Part shown: piece by piece, positions 11,531 to 23,304 of the stretch
Layout: the number at the start of each line of letters is the position of its first letter
Numbering within the stretch: position 1 is the stretch's first letter
Source of the DNA: Azolla caroliniana
Taxonomy: Eukaryota; Plantae; Polypodiophyta
Direction of reading: 5' to 3'
Assembly: GCA_043228905.1 (NCBI GenBank)
Contig: JBHGNT010000005.1
Span: forward strand, 6,262,001-6,326,000
Length of the DNA stretch: 64,000 nucleotides
Program-made: the position numbers and the translations under genes
The notes under the pieces: generated by a model
Told to the model about the DNA's origin: nothing
What the model saw: the letters and a program-made list of their open reading frames with translations, nothing else
Database searches by the model: none

Positions 11531-13033
11531 ATGAGAGCAATGGCGTTGCTAGGAAGCTCAGAGCTCTTCCTGGGAAGGATGAAGACGGAGAGAATGGCAA
11601 CCTACAAGTTTCATCTCTTCCCGCAGGTAAGAAAACCTTTAACAAAATACAGATTCACAACAAGGTCATCATCATCATCATCATCATCATCGCCATGGCC
11701 GCCATCACATGAGCCCGACCTCTTGTTGGCGACTTCCGATGCGATCTTGAAGTCCTTCTCCCCATCTCGTTTCACGCCCGGTCCTCCTGCTCCGGACATT
11801 TCAAACTATCTCCTCAATGGCTGCAAATGGACGGATGCTCCCAACTGCCCTGATTATATCGGCCCTGTTTCTATCGGGCGGACACGATATGGCAGAGGCC
11901 TCTTCGCTCGGAGCAATTTCGATGCGGGCGACATCATCTCTATCAGCAATGCATTTGCTCTCTCGCATAATGACACTCACAACATAGATTTGTTCGATAA
12001 GATCTATACAATTGTTAAGGAATCTCCACTAGCACTTCGTCGTTACTATTGTCTTGCTGGGAATGGACCCCATGATAATCTCGAGGTTCCCGACATCCGC
12101 CTTTTTGATGCGAATTATACCCACTTCCCTGACATCGATCTGTCTGGGTCAGAAGTACTCGAGATTGACGTAGAGAAGCTCATCCGAATTCTCCATGTGA
12201 ATGCGTTCTCGGGAGAGGTTAGCCCGACATATAACAAAACACCGTCGTCCGAGGAGGGTCGGATCAATGGTTTATGGCTTATTCCATCTTTCGTGAACCA
12301 CTCTTGTTGCCCGAATGCGAGCAGACTTATCGTTGGGAAAGCTATGTTTATCATCGCAGGTAGGGACATCAAAGCTGAAGAAGAGATTAATTTCTCATAT
12401 ACCAACATCATGAGCCCTCTCAGGCATAGGGAAAAGAATCTTGCCGAAATCGGCTACGGTTTTCGTTGCGAGTGTCATAGGTGTGAAACCGAGAGGTTGG
12501 TTGAGAAAGAGTTCGAAGAAGTAAGTCAACGTTATCAGGATTTATTGGTCCGTGCCGAAGATGAGGTCTACTCCGCGGTGACATCTCCAGAGAGACAGCC
12601 CCTACATTTCTTCCCTGCTTGCGTTGAACTTTTTGAGCTCTATGAGATGTTGAGAGGAAAAGTGAATGCTTTAGGGCACCTCACAAAGGTTCAAAAGCAA
12701 TGGATCTTAAGTGGGTATTCGTGTGCTTTTCTTGGGAAGTGGTTTCTATCTGGATATGGGAATGGGTTTAATCCGCCATCAGATTTCGTAAGTTCTAACG
12801 CGTTAGAATTAGTTGAAGCGATGAAATGTACTGAACCTGGGATGCTTAGGACATTATCATTCATGACAATCCTTGCTCATGTTGCTGCGAAAGAAGAAGA
12901 AAGGCGTTTTTCGCTAGTTCAGAGCCTCGTTGAGCTCGCATTACATGAATGTGCATGTCTGTATGGTAAGCAAAGGCTTGATGTTACTATGGAATTAATG
13001 GAGCAATCAGCCAACATTGTTCCATTCTTTTAG
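11531..13033 (+). CDS. SET-domain lysine methyltransferase, ATXR1/SDG35-like, intronless (~500 aa)
   Basis: SET motifs GRGLFA, SFVNHSCCPNA and EEINFSY, with post-SET FRCECHRC. First in-frame ATG is at 11531. Confidence 0.9.
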   Translation: MRAMALLGSSELFLGRMKTERMATYKFHLFPQVRKPLTKYRFTTRSSSSSSSSSPWPPSHEPDLLLATSDAILKSFSPSRFTPGPPAPDISNYLLNGCKWTDAPNCPDYIGPVSIGRTRYGRGLFARSNFDAGDIISISNAFALSHNDTHNIDLFDKIYTIVKESPLALRRYYCLAGNGPHDNLEVPDIRLFDANYTHFPDIDLSGSEVLEIDVEKLIRILHVNAFSGEVSPTYNKTPSSEEGRINGLWLIPSFVNHSCCPNASRLIVGKAMFIIAGRDIKAEEEINFSYTNIMSPLRHREKNLAEIGYGFRCECHRCETERLVEKEFEEVSQRYQDLLVRAEDEVYSAVTSPERQPLHFFPACVELFELYEMLRGKVNALGHLTKVQKQWILSGYSCAFLGKWFLSGYGNGFNPPSDFVSSNALELVEAMKCTEPGMLRTLSFMTILAHVAAKEEERRFSLVQSLVELALHECACLYGKQRLDVTMELMEQSANIVPFF

Positions 13034-13310
13034 AAATATAAAGAAAAATTGAAAAATACGCTTTATGCATTTTATTCTCAGAGTTCTTTGCTGGATAATT
13101 AGGATGAATCAAAATCCGTTTTCAGCAAATCTTTATCTTACTATGGAGTTAATGGAGCAATCAGCCAACATTGTTCCATTCTTTTAGAAATATAAAGAAA
13201 AATGAAAAATATGTCAATTGGAATGGAAACGAATATGCATTTTATGCTCGGAGTTTTTTTGTTGGATAATTAGGATCAATCAAATTCGATTGTCAGCAAA
13301 TCTGCATTTG
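12984..13310 (+). repeat. tandem duplication of the SET gene 3' end
   Basis: TTACTATGGA(A/G)TTAATGGAGCAATCAGCCAACATTGTTCCATTCTTTTAG occurs at ~12984 and ~13138, each followed by similar UTR sequence. Confidence 0.9.
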
Positions 13311-14867
13311 TGCTTCTCCATGAATGTCTTCTTCATCCAGTTACACATGCTTTGTCAATGTTGTAGTCTGGCTGGAGGTACTCTAGAAATAAGATTTCGA
13401 AGACATTCAAAGCAAATGTTATCAAAATTGTACATCATCTCAGATGCCTGTGTAAGTTTCAGGAAATCTCAAGCTTAATGCTATACATGGGAATTGAAAG
13501 AAATGTGTTATACATGGAAAATGCCTGTGCTCATAGTTCAATAGAATATCTTGAAATGCCTGTGTTATACATGGAAAATGAAATAAAATTTGTGCCATGA
13601 GTCCCAAGAATTCATTCCAGTAAATGAAAAACTAAATAAGGATTGAAGTTTGCATGTATAAACTTGTATTTGCTTCTAGTAGGTTGAACCTTTCTTTGAT
13701 TTAGCTTTATGAAAAACTAAATTATGAAGGAAGTTTGGTCATTCTTCCGGTAAATCAGGTCACCTACGTCTTCCCCATTTGGTATTTTTACCATCTCTAT
13801 TCAGATAATATATGGAGTCTTGCTATTGCCAATATTGGGTTTGAATGGAGATCAGGTAACAAGAGAGGGTAAGCTTTGACAAAAAACACCTTTTCTATCT
13901 CGTGACTCACATGGTCTTGGTGGAAAAGGGGGGGAGAGGGGGGCAGATTTTTAGTTTATTCCTATTTGGTTTCCATGTGATTTCACCACTTGGGCTATGA
14001 AGAAAAATGAAATGCACACGGCTTGTCCTTAATGCAATTGTCACTTCAATAGAGATTTAATGGGTCGATCCACCTATATTGTTGGATTTCTTTGCTATAT
14101 TGGGGTCACACCTTGCATTGCTCGTCATAGAATACATAATGGATTCTCACTCACTTTACAACTTGATTAGCTATTTGATCAGCTAATGCTATTTTGCCTT
14201 TTTGAGGGAGTAGATTACCCAACATGTTGATTAATTTGTAACAATATATTGGATTGTTTTGGGGGCATCCAAAACGTAGACATGATATGATGGGTGCCGA
14301 TCGTTCCAATTATCATTGACCATTGTTCGGGAGTCGTCTGGTAGGTGTAATAAGAGTCTTCATGATGTTGATTCCCACAAGTAGTGGCCCATGTCCACAC
14401 AGGAAATCATGTGTAGCATATCATTTTGTAGGCTTAGCCTTCCACTAGTTGCAAATAAAGTTTTTTACCCATCTCTCTTTTACAATCAATAGGTTGGTCG
14501 AGAAGGAAGGCATTGGTATGTACCAACAATGATAAAGAATAAGAACAACAACATATCATTGTTGCAATAAATTAGAAGATCTATGTGATAAAGAAGGTAT
14601 CCATCCTTTGTCTTCCCCATAATGAACGAATACCTATTTGGAACAACCGCTTGAATTGTCCCAAAATATCATTCTTATAGTAAGAAAAGTAAAAAAGAAT
14701 CAAGATAGCTCTTCTCCATGTAAATTTTGATAAAATGAAAGTCATGTGCATTGACATTAGCTGAAAGAGCTCTAGTATGAGCATTCTCAATACCTTTGGT
14801 CTATAAAGGCTATGAATGTGTACTTTGTAAAGAATGAAATTATTAGGAATGTCATAAGTCACACGAA

Positions 14868-14948
14868 GTGTACGTGCCGGAGTGGTTATCGGGCATGACT
14901 AGAAATCATGTGGGTTCGCCCGCGCAGGTTCGAATCCTGCCGTCCACG
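14868..14948 (+). tRNA. trnS-AGA: tRNA-Ser(AGA)
   Basis: Anticodon arm CATGA-CT-AGA-AA-TCATG, long variable arm, GGTTCGAATCC T-loop, G73 discriminator, downstream T4 runs. One acceptor-stem mismatch (U4:C69). Confidence 0.93.
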
Positions 14949-16255
14949 ATCTCTAATGCTTTTCGCCATTTTAAAGAAAGAACCTTTGGGTCTTCTCTAT
15001 GAAAATTGCCCGAAAACTAATTGTGGGGATGTACATACAAGAGATAGGCATCCAAATCTTGAGAACGATAAACTCACCATGATTCTAGGGATGACAAATT
15101 AATCACCGTAATCAACCGCCTAGCATGAATAAAATTGGTATAGGAAAAGAAAGTTAATGAATTATTATTATGTTAAGTTCATTGTCAAGTACAATCCAAA
15201 GGAAATGTAAGCTATGTCTAGAATTGTAGTGATCTCTTGTTTGTACACAAATGCAGTGTTTGTATGATTTAATGCCCTCAAAATCCTCTTCCCTAGCATT
15301 TATGTGTGATCTCTTGCGATCCACGTCCCCTAGATTGATGTAGGCTCATGTAGCATATAAAAGCAAGTTATTGGATAATTGCCAAACAATTAACTATATA
15401 GAGTAGAACCATCACCGATCACCCATTTTTTATGATACATAAACATTACTGAGTCAATTTTAGGATGAGCAAGAATGCATAGTAATGTACATTGATTAGA
15501 TGTTAGATTCCATTAAATGGAAAGGACACTAATGTAAGCCATCACATCTTCAAAACAAGGGACTTCTTTCTCAATAATTGTCTTTGTTGAGTTAACTTCA
15601 TAGCCTTTGGCTGTTGGCATCATGGCATTGTAAGTCATAAACTTGAGAGAACCCAAAATTCAGTTCTTACAACTGACTTGGTCCTGTGTTGTAAACAACA
15701 TCAAAAATCGTAAAATCAATCAAAATCATACCCCTCTACATATATATTACACAACCACTTTTGTTGCAATCTCACTACTCATGATCAAAAAATTTAATGT
15801 TTCTGAGGTATGCAAATAATGACATCATAGACACGAATACTCTAACTAATAAAGGTACACCCAAATATATGATGGTATGTACAATAAAGTAGGATTTAAC
15901 AAATCTTGTTTGCCAATGCAATTCAACAAACTTTGAAAGTGTGAAAGTGTGAAAGTGCATGCTACATTTGACACATGAACTATAGATAGTGTGAAAGTGT
16001 AGTGGTGATCAACAGGAAGTATAGTGAAAGACATTGAAAGAAGCATTTGCTTAGAAAGATAATTTGATCTTGGTACAAGTTCTCATGGCTTCCATCTTAA
16101 TGCTTATACATTCAATATACAATCTACTTCTAATGTTTAGAAGCAATACATTACAGATGATTTCAAGATCTTAACAAGTATATACATGCCTAAGGCAATA
16201 CTTAATATGACTTGATTTATGAGTACCGAAGACTAAATCATCTCTCTTATTTAGA

Positions 16256-19200
16256 TCAACTTGAAATAGATCTCCTGTTTCTTCTTTTTTTGCCAGAGTC
16301 ATCTGTCAATTCTATACACTTAAATGCCACGCCCACAATGTGGGGATCTTGAAAATTGAACAATGTTTCATATTGGAGTTTCTCTAGTCCTTCAATGTCC
16401 TGAAGCAAATGCACCAAGATTAGAATGGATTTACCAAATATGATTAAGGGCCTGGTATATACATATGGATATATTTAATACATGTATGAATGTGTATGCC
16501 CAGACCATCGTTATCTAAGTACCCCCTGGTGGGCTGTTCATGAATTACAGGGCAATTTCTTACATAGTGACTCCATAAGTTTATGGGTGATGCTCTAAGG
16601 TATGGGCCACCCCTTGCTATGATGAAAGAGACTGGGGTAGGGATTCATATATATTTATATATATGTCTACGCCGAAAAACATTGAAATACCCCTAACTCG
16701 ATTGGGTTTACAAGAGTATCACTTAGCTGTCAAAAATTACAAGAATAACCTTGATGTATTAGTAAATCTCTGTACTAAATCTCAATACTACAGAGGCATC
16801 TCTTGTAAATAGCCAGGTAAAGGGTATTTGGGTGTTATCCTTATATATACATATGTATATATATGTAAATATGTATATGTATGGATACAGTTACACATCT
16901 GTGGATTACCACTAGGAATATGTATATGTTCATATCTCCATACTAAAATGGGCTATTCTTGTAAATAACCAAAACGTTAGGGTTATCTGGTGTGTGTTCC
17001 CAAACATGTCTATATACACATACATACATATATGCCTGTGTCTGCCTCTGGTCATTTGATGTGTATGTACGTATCTATTTATTTACCTGAAGACATTAAT
17101 TCAACCTGTATACCTCAAAATACTTCGCAACATCTCTCACAATATTGTTTTCAATACGAACAAATTTAAGCAGTTTGTGTAGCAACATCTGACATGCTTG
17201 CAGAAACTCTCCATCAGATCTAACATTCTCCACAAATATAAATGGCTGCCAAAATGCATATAAGAAAAGAAGAATGAGGAAAAATAAACCAACAGAATGT
17301 ATAACTATCTAGCAGATTTTTTCTAACAGACCTTTCCAGGCTTCAAGAGCTTTAATGCTTCACGAAGGATGGTTTTCGCTTGCTTATCATCAACTCCACA
17401 TAAACAATAAACACTCACCTAAAATCCAATAATGACAGAAGATTAGCATAAAAACCAAAACGTCCAAGGGAAGTAAACTCCCCGTGTTTTTCTTTATTTC
17501 ACCAAATGCCCAAGTTATTGATATTGGATGCAAGAGTCAATAGATCTCTTGTCACGATTATAAAAGAGTCACGATTATAAAAGACTTTAATCAGAGTTAA
17601 AACAAGAATGTCTCATTCCCTGAGTTTATATTATTTATTGCAAAGTTGTTATTGAAGTTCTCCTTAACTTTAATGATTCTCATAATAAAGCAGCACTGAA
17701 TCCATTGGGTTTTACTATGTTGATCATGAAATGGTTATTAACATTATAGAAACAAAAACAGATCACAGAAATGTAAGGAAGACACACCACAGCATCAATG
17801 CTGTTTGCTGGAAGAGACAACGGCTTTATTGCTTTCAGTTTAACATCTGTGGGAACACCTGCTCGAACAGCTGCAAAAAAGGAATCCTCGGATAGGTAAA
17901 TCAATTGATGAAGATGGTTCAATGGATTATGAATATTCACGAGAGACTGAATGTAATTTACAGAATGGGACTAAGCCTATCCCAAGCATTCAAACTTGAG
18001 TTCTCTCAATTTTATGACTTCGATTCTATGGTGCTCATGAACAAATCCAATAACCAGCCAGATCACCAGTGAATTTCATTGCTAGGAGAAAACAGTTTTG
18101 CCACAAGAATAGTAAAGAACTTTACTTAAATTTAGGAAAATTGATCATGGGAAGATTAACAAATTTCAAGGTCTTGTTGAACACAAACACATTACATGTT
18201 TCTCCAGTTTTGCCACAAGAATAATAAAGAACTTTACTTAAATTTTGGAAAATTGATCTAGGGAAGATTAAAAAATCTCAAGGTCATGTTGTACACAAAC
18301 ATATTCGACATTTTTCCTCATGTGTGCAATTTAAAGATGATTTTCAAATTTCAAACATGCAAAAATCAGGTATGTGGGAAAAACACCCAGTGGTGGCAGA
18401 AATTGCAATCAAAAGAATTTCCACTGATCCTTTTCAGTTTCTTTTGATCCCTCTTATTATGAAGGCATGAAAGATCACTAGAGATATTCAAGTTGAGATG
18501 TCCCTGTAGAGATATTAAGACATCTGATTACATTTGATGGAAAAATATGCATATGTTTTTATTTAGTTCATTGTAAAAAAATGGATCAGAATTATATCCA
18601 TTCTAATTTTATTGCTATCGTCTTCACTACCTTTCTTTTGCATGTGAAGATTTTTTATGATGGCTAGGTTATTATAGAAGCAAAAAGTTTTTTTTCTTAG
18701 TGAAATGCATTATAGCATCTTATCAACCACCGTTGTTTTTTTATACTCTTCTTTGATGTATTTTTTGGTTATGCATTAGTTTTCATATTTGATGGTAGGC
18801 ATGGAGTCAAAGCATATCTATGAAAGTTGAAGGGAGTACTAAATGTGGCAATTTTCTTTATTGGAGCAAGAATAAATTCTTTCCTTGGTGGAGTGTTTAT
18901 CTTGCCTATTGGGAATTTAACATGTCCCATTATCCCTGTAGTTAATGTGTAACCATACTCCATTGTGATACACATTGTAAGTAGTGTTTTTCACACACAC
19001 TTATTAATATAATTGTGTGTTTTCATTGAAGAGAGAGAGAGAGAGAGAGAGAGAACATCTAGACCTTATTGTATCCATGTAGATATTAAATATCATGCCA
19101 CTGATTGGTTTTTATGATAATAGAGAGATGCATGCTACGCCCAATCTACAGAATCATTGTATGGAATTTCTATAACAATACAAATATCTTTTTAAATTTT

Positions 19201-20819
19201 TGGCAAATAAAAGAAAGTGAGGATTAAACTGTATGATAGGAAAACAATCTTATCTTACAAAAACTGTCAAATTGAAGACATTTAGAATCCAGTATACCTT
19301 GATTTTTGACAACTTCATAATTCTTTTTGTCAGTTATTGCAATAACTTCCTCCACGTCACTTGGATAATAGTACAGATTCCTCCCCTCATGAATATCAAG
19401 ATCCAAGACTCTAGAACCACCTCTGGGGACATATTTTCCCAACATGGCTGCAATAATGTACTGTACTTAATATATTGTGCAAAGAAGATAACACTTATCA
19501 GTAAGAAAATATAAAAAAGAATTTGACAATGCGACATGCAATCAACTGGCATATTTCTAAGCGAATGAATTTGTTCTATATAGATAGTACTCAAAAACAC
19601 ATAAAAATTAGTATAACACCATTGCATTTCTCTCACATAGATCATCACCGTCATCATCATATAGAGCCAGAGTACAGAGTACAGAGTCTGAGGATCAATA
19701 GATAGGCTCATCCACTCATAGTGCTCTAGTTTATGTACATTTCGACCTAGCTCTACTTTATATTACAATTGTATAAGATTCACATAGGCGTAACTTTCCA
19801 TCTCATGGGACAGTCTGGCCTTTTGAAGATGTTGCTAGAAGTTAGTATAGCATTTCATTCCATGAGACTTTGCATTTGCGGTGACAATTTCATCCATATT
19901 CTTTCCATCTAGCTTACAATGATAAGGAGACATGAATTGAAGATGATATTGCAGAATCTAAAGTATTAAATAGAAATAAAAAAGAAATATTCTAATAAAA
20001 AAATATGTTTAGATTACATGAAATGAAAATTTTGAACCTGAATCCGGAAGTAAACAAAAGCTCGAAAGATCCCAAAACCAATAAGATTAGCTAAAGCTAT
20101 GCCTGAGGTGAGAACCAAAGGAAAATCTTCTGACATCATCCATAAAGGTGCATCGTTAGGAAGGGCCGAGCCAGTAGAGAAAGCTCTGTGTCTGCACTGA
20201 ATACAAGGTCATGGGTAAGCTACCAGGCTATCAATGCAAGGTCATGGGTTCAAATCCTTACCTTCACACATCTTAGCTACACCAAATATTGCCTCTCCCC
20301 TTAAACTACATAGCAAATCTTTGTATCAAACTAACGACCTCACGGTGTCCAAACGGTTGACAACATCTGTTTCATTTATGTCCAATTGCCTCATTCACAA
20401 TGTCATGAGTTCAAATCCCTTATCTTCAAACATTTTTGCTACATCCAAAACATAACATCCCTCTCTCCTTAAACTACATTCAACATCAGTGTCTTAAGCT
20501 AACGACCTCATGGTCTCCAAACACTAGGCACAACCATCTCAGTTAATGCCCAACTGTCTATCTATCTTCCTCTCGTATATATGCATGTACATATTTGCGT
20601 TTTCTATTTATAAGAGAGGATAATTTACCTGGAAAGATTTCGTCTTCCTCCATCAACAACAAGAGCCGAGAGCAGGGGAGATGGGTGGAGACACCATGAG
20701 GGCAGATGAAGAGTTGTCGTGCGAGGGGTCATTGAGGGCCTGAGGGGAAGTGTGGCGAGCTGGAGGGAGCAGTGAGGAGGAGGAACAGGAGCAGAGACGC
20801 TGGCCATGGCCATGGTCAT
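16256..20819 (-). CDS. METTL7/Methyltransf_11-like protein with transit-peptide-like N-terminus and TM segment; 7 exons
   Basis: GT-AG exons ~20819-20629, 20191-20038, 19460-19298, 17870-17788, 17418-17332, 17245-17114 and 16399-16256 splice in frame. Product includes RVLDLDIHEGRNLYYYP, LPANSIDAVVSVYCLC, LREALKLLKPGKPFIFVENV and DPHIVGVAFK. Confidence 0.85.
18094..18320. repeat. ~112-bp tandem duplication in an intron
   Basis: CAGTTTTGCCACAAGAATA(G/A)TAAAGAACTTTACTTAAATTT occurs twice. Confidence 0.85.
20232..20560 (+). repeat. two diverged ~165-bp tandem units each starting with a B-box-like motif
   Basis: GTCATG(G/A)GTTCAAATCC...TTAAACTACAT...CTAACGACCTCA occurs twice. Confidence 0.7.
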
Positions 20820-21011
20820 CGATCGATGATGGTGTAGAGAAGCAAAAGCAGGGGAAATGACTGGACGGGCTTCACATTCTTCCTACAGAAGAAGGACACC
20901 AAGTTTTAAGCTAAAAATCGTTCAAAATTAATAATGATAATACATATATGTAGTTGTTCAGTTTTAAGCATGTTCTCTAATATGTATATGTACCTTTTGC
21001 TTGTTCATTGT

Positions 21012-21180
21012 TAACAATCGGCAACGGTTCGGCCGTGAAACCGCGCCTTAATGGCTTACCGGTTTCAACGGTTCAGTTCAGGTTTTTTAAAACGGTTCGT
21101 TTCGGTTTCGGTTTCAACAGTCAGAAACCGCGGTTTAAACGGGTTTATTTTATTTTATATTTTTAATGGTCACCGTTGTT
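21012..21180. mobile_element. partial hAT-type MITE (AACCG/CGGTT subterminal repeats)
   Basis: TAACAATCGGCAACGGTT resembles the TIR of the MITE at 47268, and CGGTT/AACCG motifs are dense. The second end was not found. Confidence 0.5.
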
Positions 21181-23058
21181 CTAAATAACTATCTCTTCTT
21201 ATTGTCCTTCTGAATGTTATTCGAGCCATGGCATGGTGTTCCACATTTCTTTATCATGCATTTGGCCATATGGCATGCTTTCCATTTTTGCGCTCACCTG
21301 ATACTCGTTCTCGAATTGTCTGTGCATTTGGACCTCTCCAAATAGTTAGGTGTGTGAATATAAGATGCAATTGAAGTCCCATATGGTTTGGGATGACGCT
21401 CATTTTTTGAATGTTCTGGCATGGCCTAGTCGAGATAGCCAAATCCACGCATGCAATAGTCCTTATTGGTCTCATTTTCCATATGTTTTGGTGTGGCTTG
21501 ATCTAACTAGAGTCAAACTCGGGCCTATTGCTTGGAAGGCAATTATCCTAATTGTTGGACTACAAAAACAATTTCAAAATCACCATGTATTATCATTTTT
21601 TTGCAGGAGTAATATCAAAACCTATATGGATGGAAAACAAACAATATAGTTTTGTTGCCAACATAAATAATGTTTAGTGTAATCTTTCCATCAAGAAAAA
21701 CAAATTACATCAAGATTGTTCTTAATTCCATATTACTCGAGCTTTTCCTATCATTTGTTGGTCCATAAAAGTTTCATATAGAATAGAAATGAAACTAGTC
21801 TACAAAATCAACTTGCTTGCACAAAGTTAAATATGTTGATTCTAAGAGAGTATGTTTGTCGAGAGTTGAACTCAAGTCTATTGTTTGGAAGGTAATCATC
21901 CTAACACATCCTAACTATTGGATTAGAAACACAATATGTTCTTGTATTAGGATCATGAATAAAACAATGTTTTGCAATCTTACTTTTCTAATGTTCTGCA
22001 TGAGCGACATGAATGAAACAATGGTGAGAATAAGTTTCTTATAGAATAGAAATAAAACTAGTCTAGAAAATTGATTGGCTTGCGCAAAGCTTCATATTGA
22101 TTAAACATGCGTTGGTTCATAAATGTTAATTACATGATACAAAATGAAACTAGCCTACAAAATCAACTTGCTTGCACGAAGCTGAACATAAGAAGAAAGA
22201 TATGTTGAATATGATAAAGTCTGTCTATAGAGAGTTGAATTGGTTCTATTGCTTGGAATCAAATTATCCCAACCATTGGACTACAAATGCAATATATTGG
22301 CGAATGTGAAACTACCTAGCTTACATAATTTCACTTTTCTAATGTTTTGCATTAGCAATATGAATGAAGCAATGTTTTCTATGCGAGCTAGAACTGATAT
22401 CATTCACTACATTGTAATCACTTTTTGAGCTAGCAATTTCTAACACAAATCAAGCTCTCTATTTTGTCAATGACTATATCAATGAATTTTGTGTTTTATC
22501 TTGCAACAGTCAAGTAGAATGCGTATGAAACTTTATAACCTTCACAGAAATTTAGGATTTCTTAAGAGAAAATTGTTCTAATAGGATTCATAACCCTTAT
22601 TCAATGTTTGATTACTATGCATAACATCTTGTCCCAAACTTGTATTGGGATTTATTTGTACAAACCTTGTCACCATCTTCCTCTATGGGGATTTATTTGT
22701 ACAGACTTATTCTAATGTGTTCATGACATACCTCCTCAGCCCCTACAAGAGAATGAGCAAGTGTTGTCCTTTAAAAATGAAAATGAGATACACTTTTCAA
22801 TACAATTCACCATTTTGAAGAAAAAAGTTATTTAGATCAATCCTGCAATTTAACACCTCACTGATGCATATTCATCAATACATTGGTAAATACAATTAAG
22901 AGCATCACAAGGTGTTATAGAGAGAAGGTTTTATGTTACATTGAGTGAGACTCATGTTAAAGTGCCTTGAAGAGTGACGTAAAATATTGAAAGAATGATA
23001 TAATGATATAATGTTATAATGTTAATAGACAATCAAACAGCCAAAAGAGAGTGATTTG

Positions 23059-23271
23059 TTATATACTCTTCAATTGGGGTGGCTTCACTACGTACGGTAA
23101 TTGCACCAATGAAGACGACGACAATGGTGATGTAGTATTCTCAAAGGGAATTTGGAAGGTCAAAGCTTTGTATAAACAAACCTCATTATCTTCACAGTAA
23201 TACACCTGTCGCAAATACAACTTTTGTCGTTAGACGGAGCAACAACTAATGCGACATGCATGTGCTATGGT

Positions 23272-23304
<33 letters not shown>

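Noticed and set aside
14200-14560. Possible Copia integrase relic on the minus strand
   Set aside because: Similarity is too weak to call.
14908-15102. 64-aa ORF
   Set aside because: Overlaps the tRNA-Ser gene and has no coding features.
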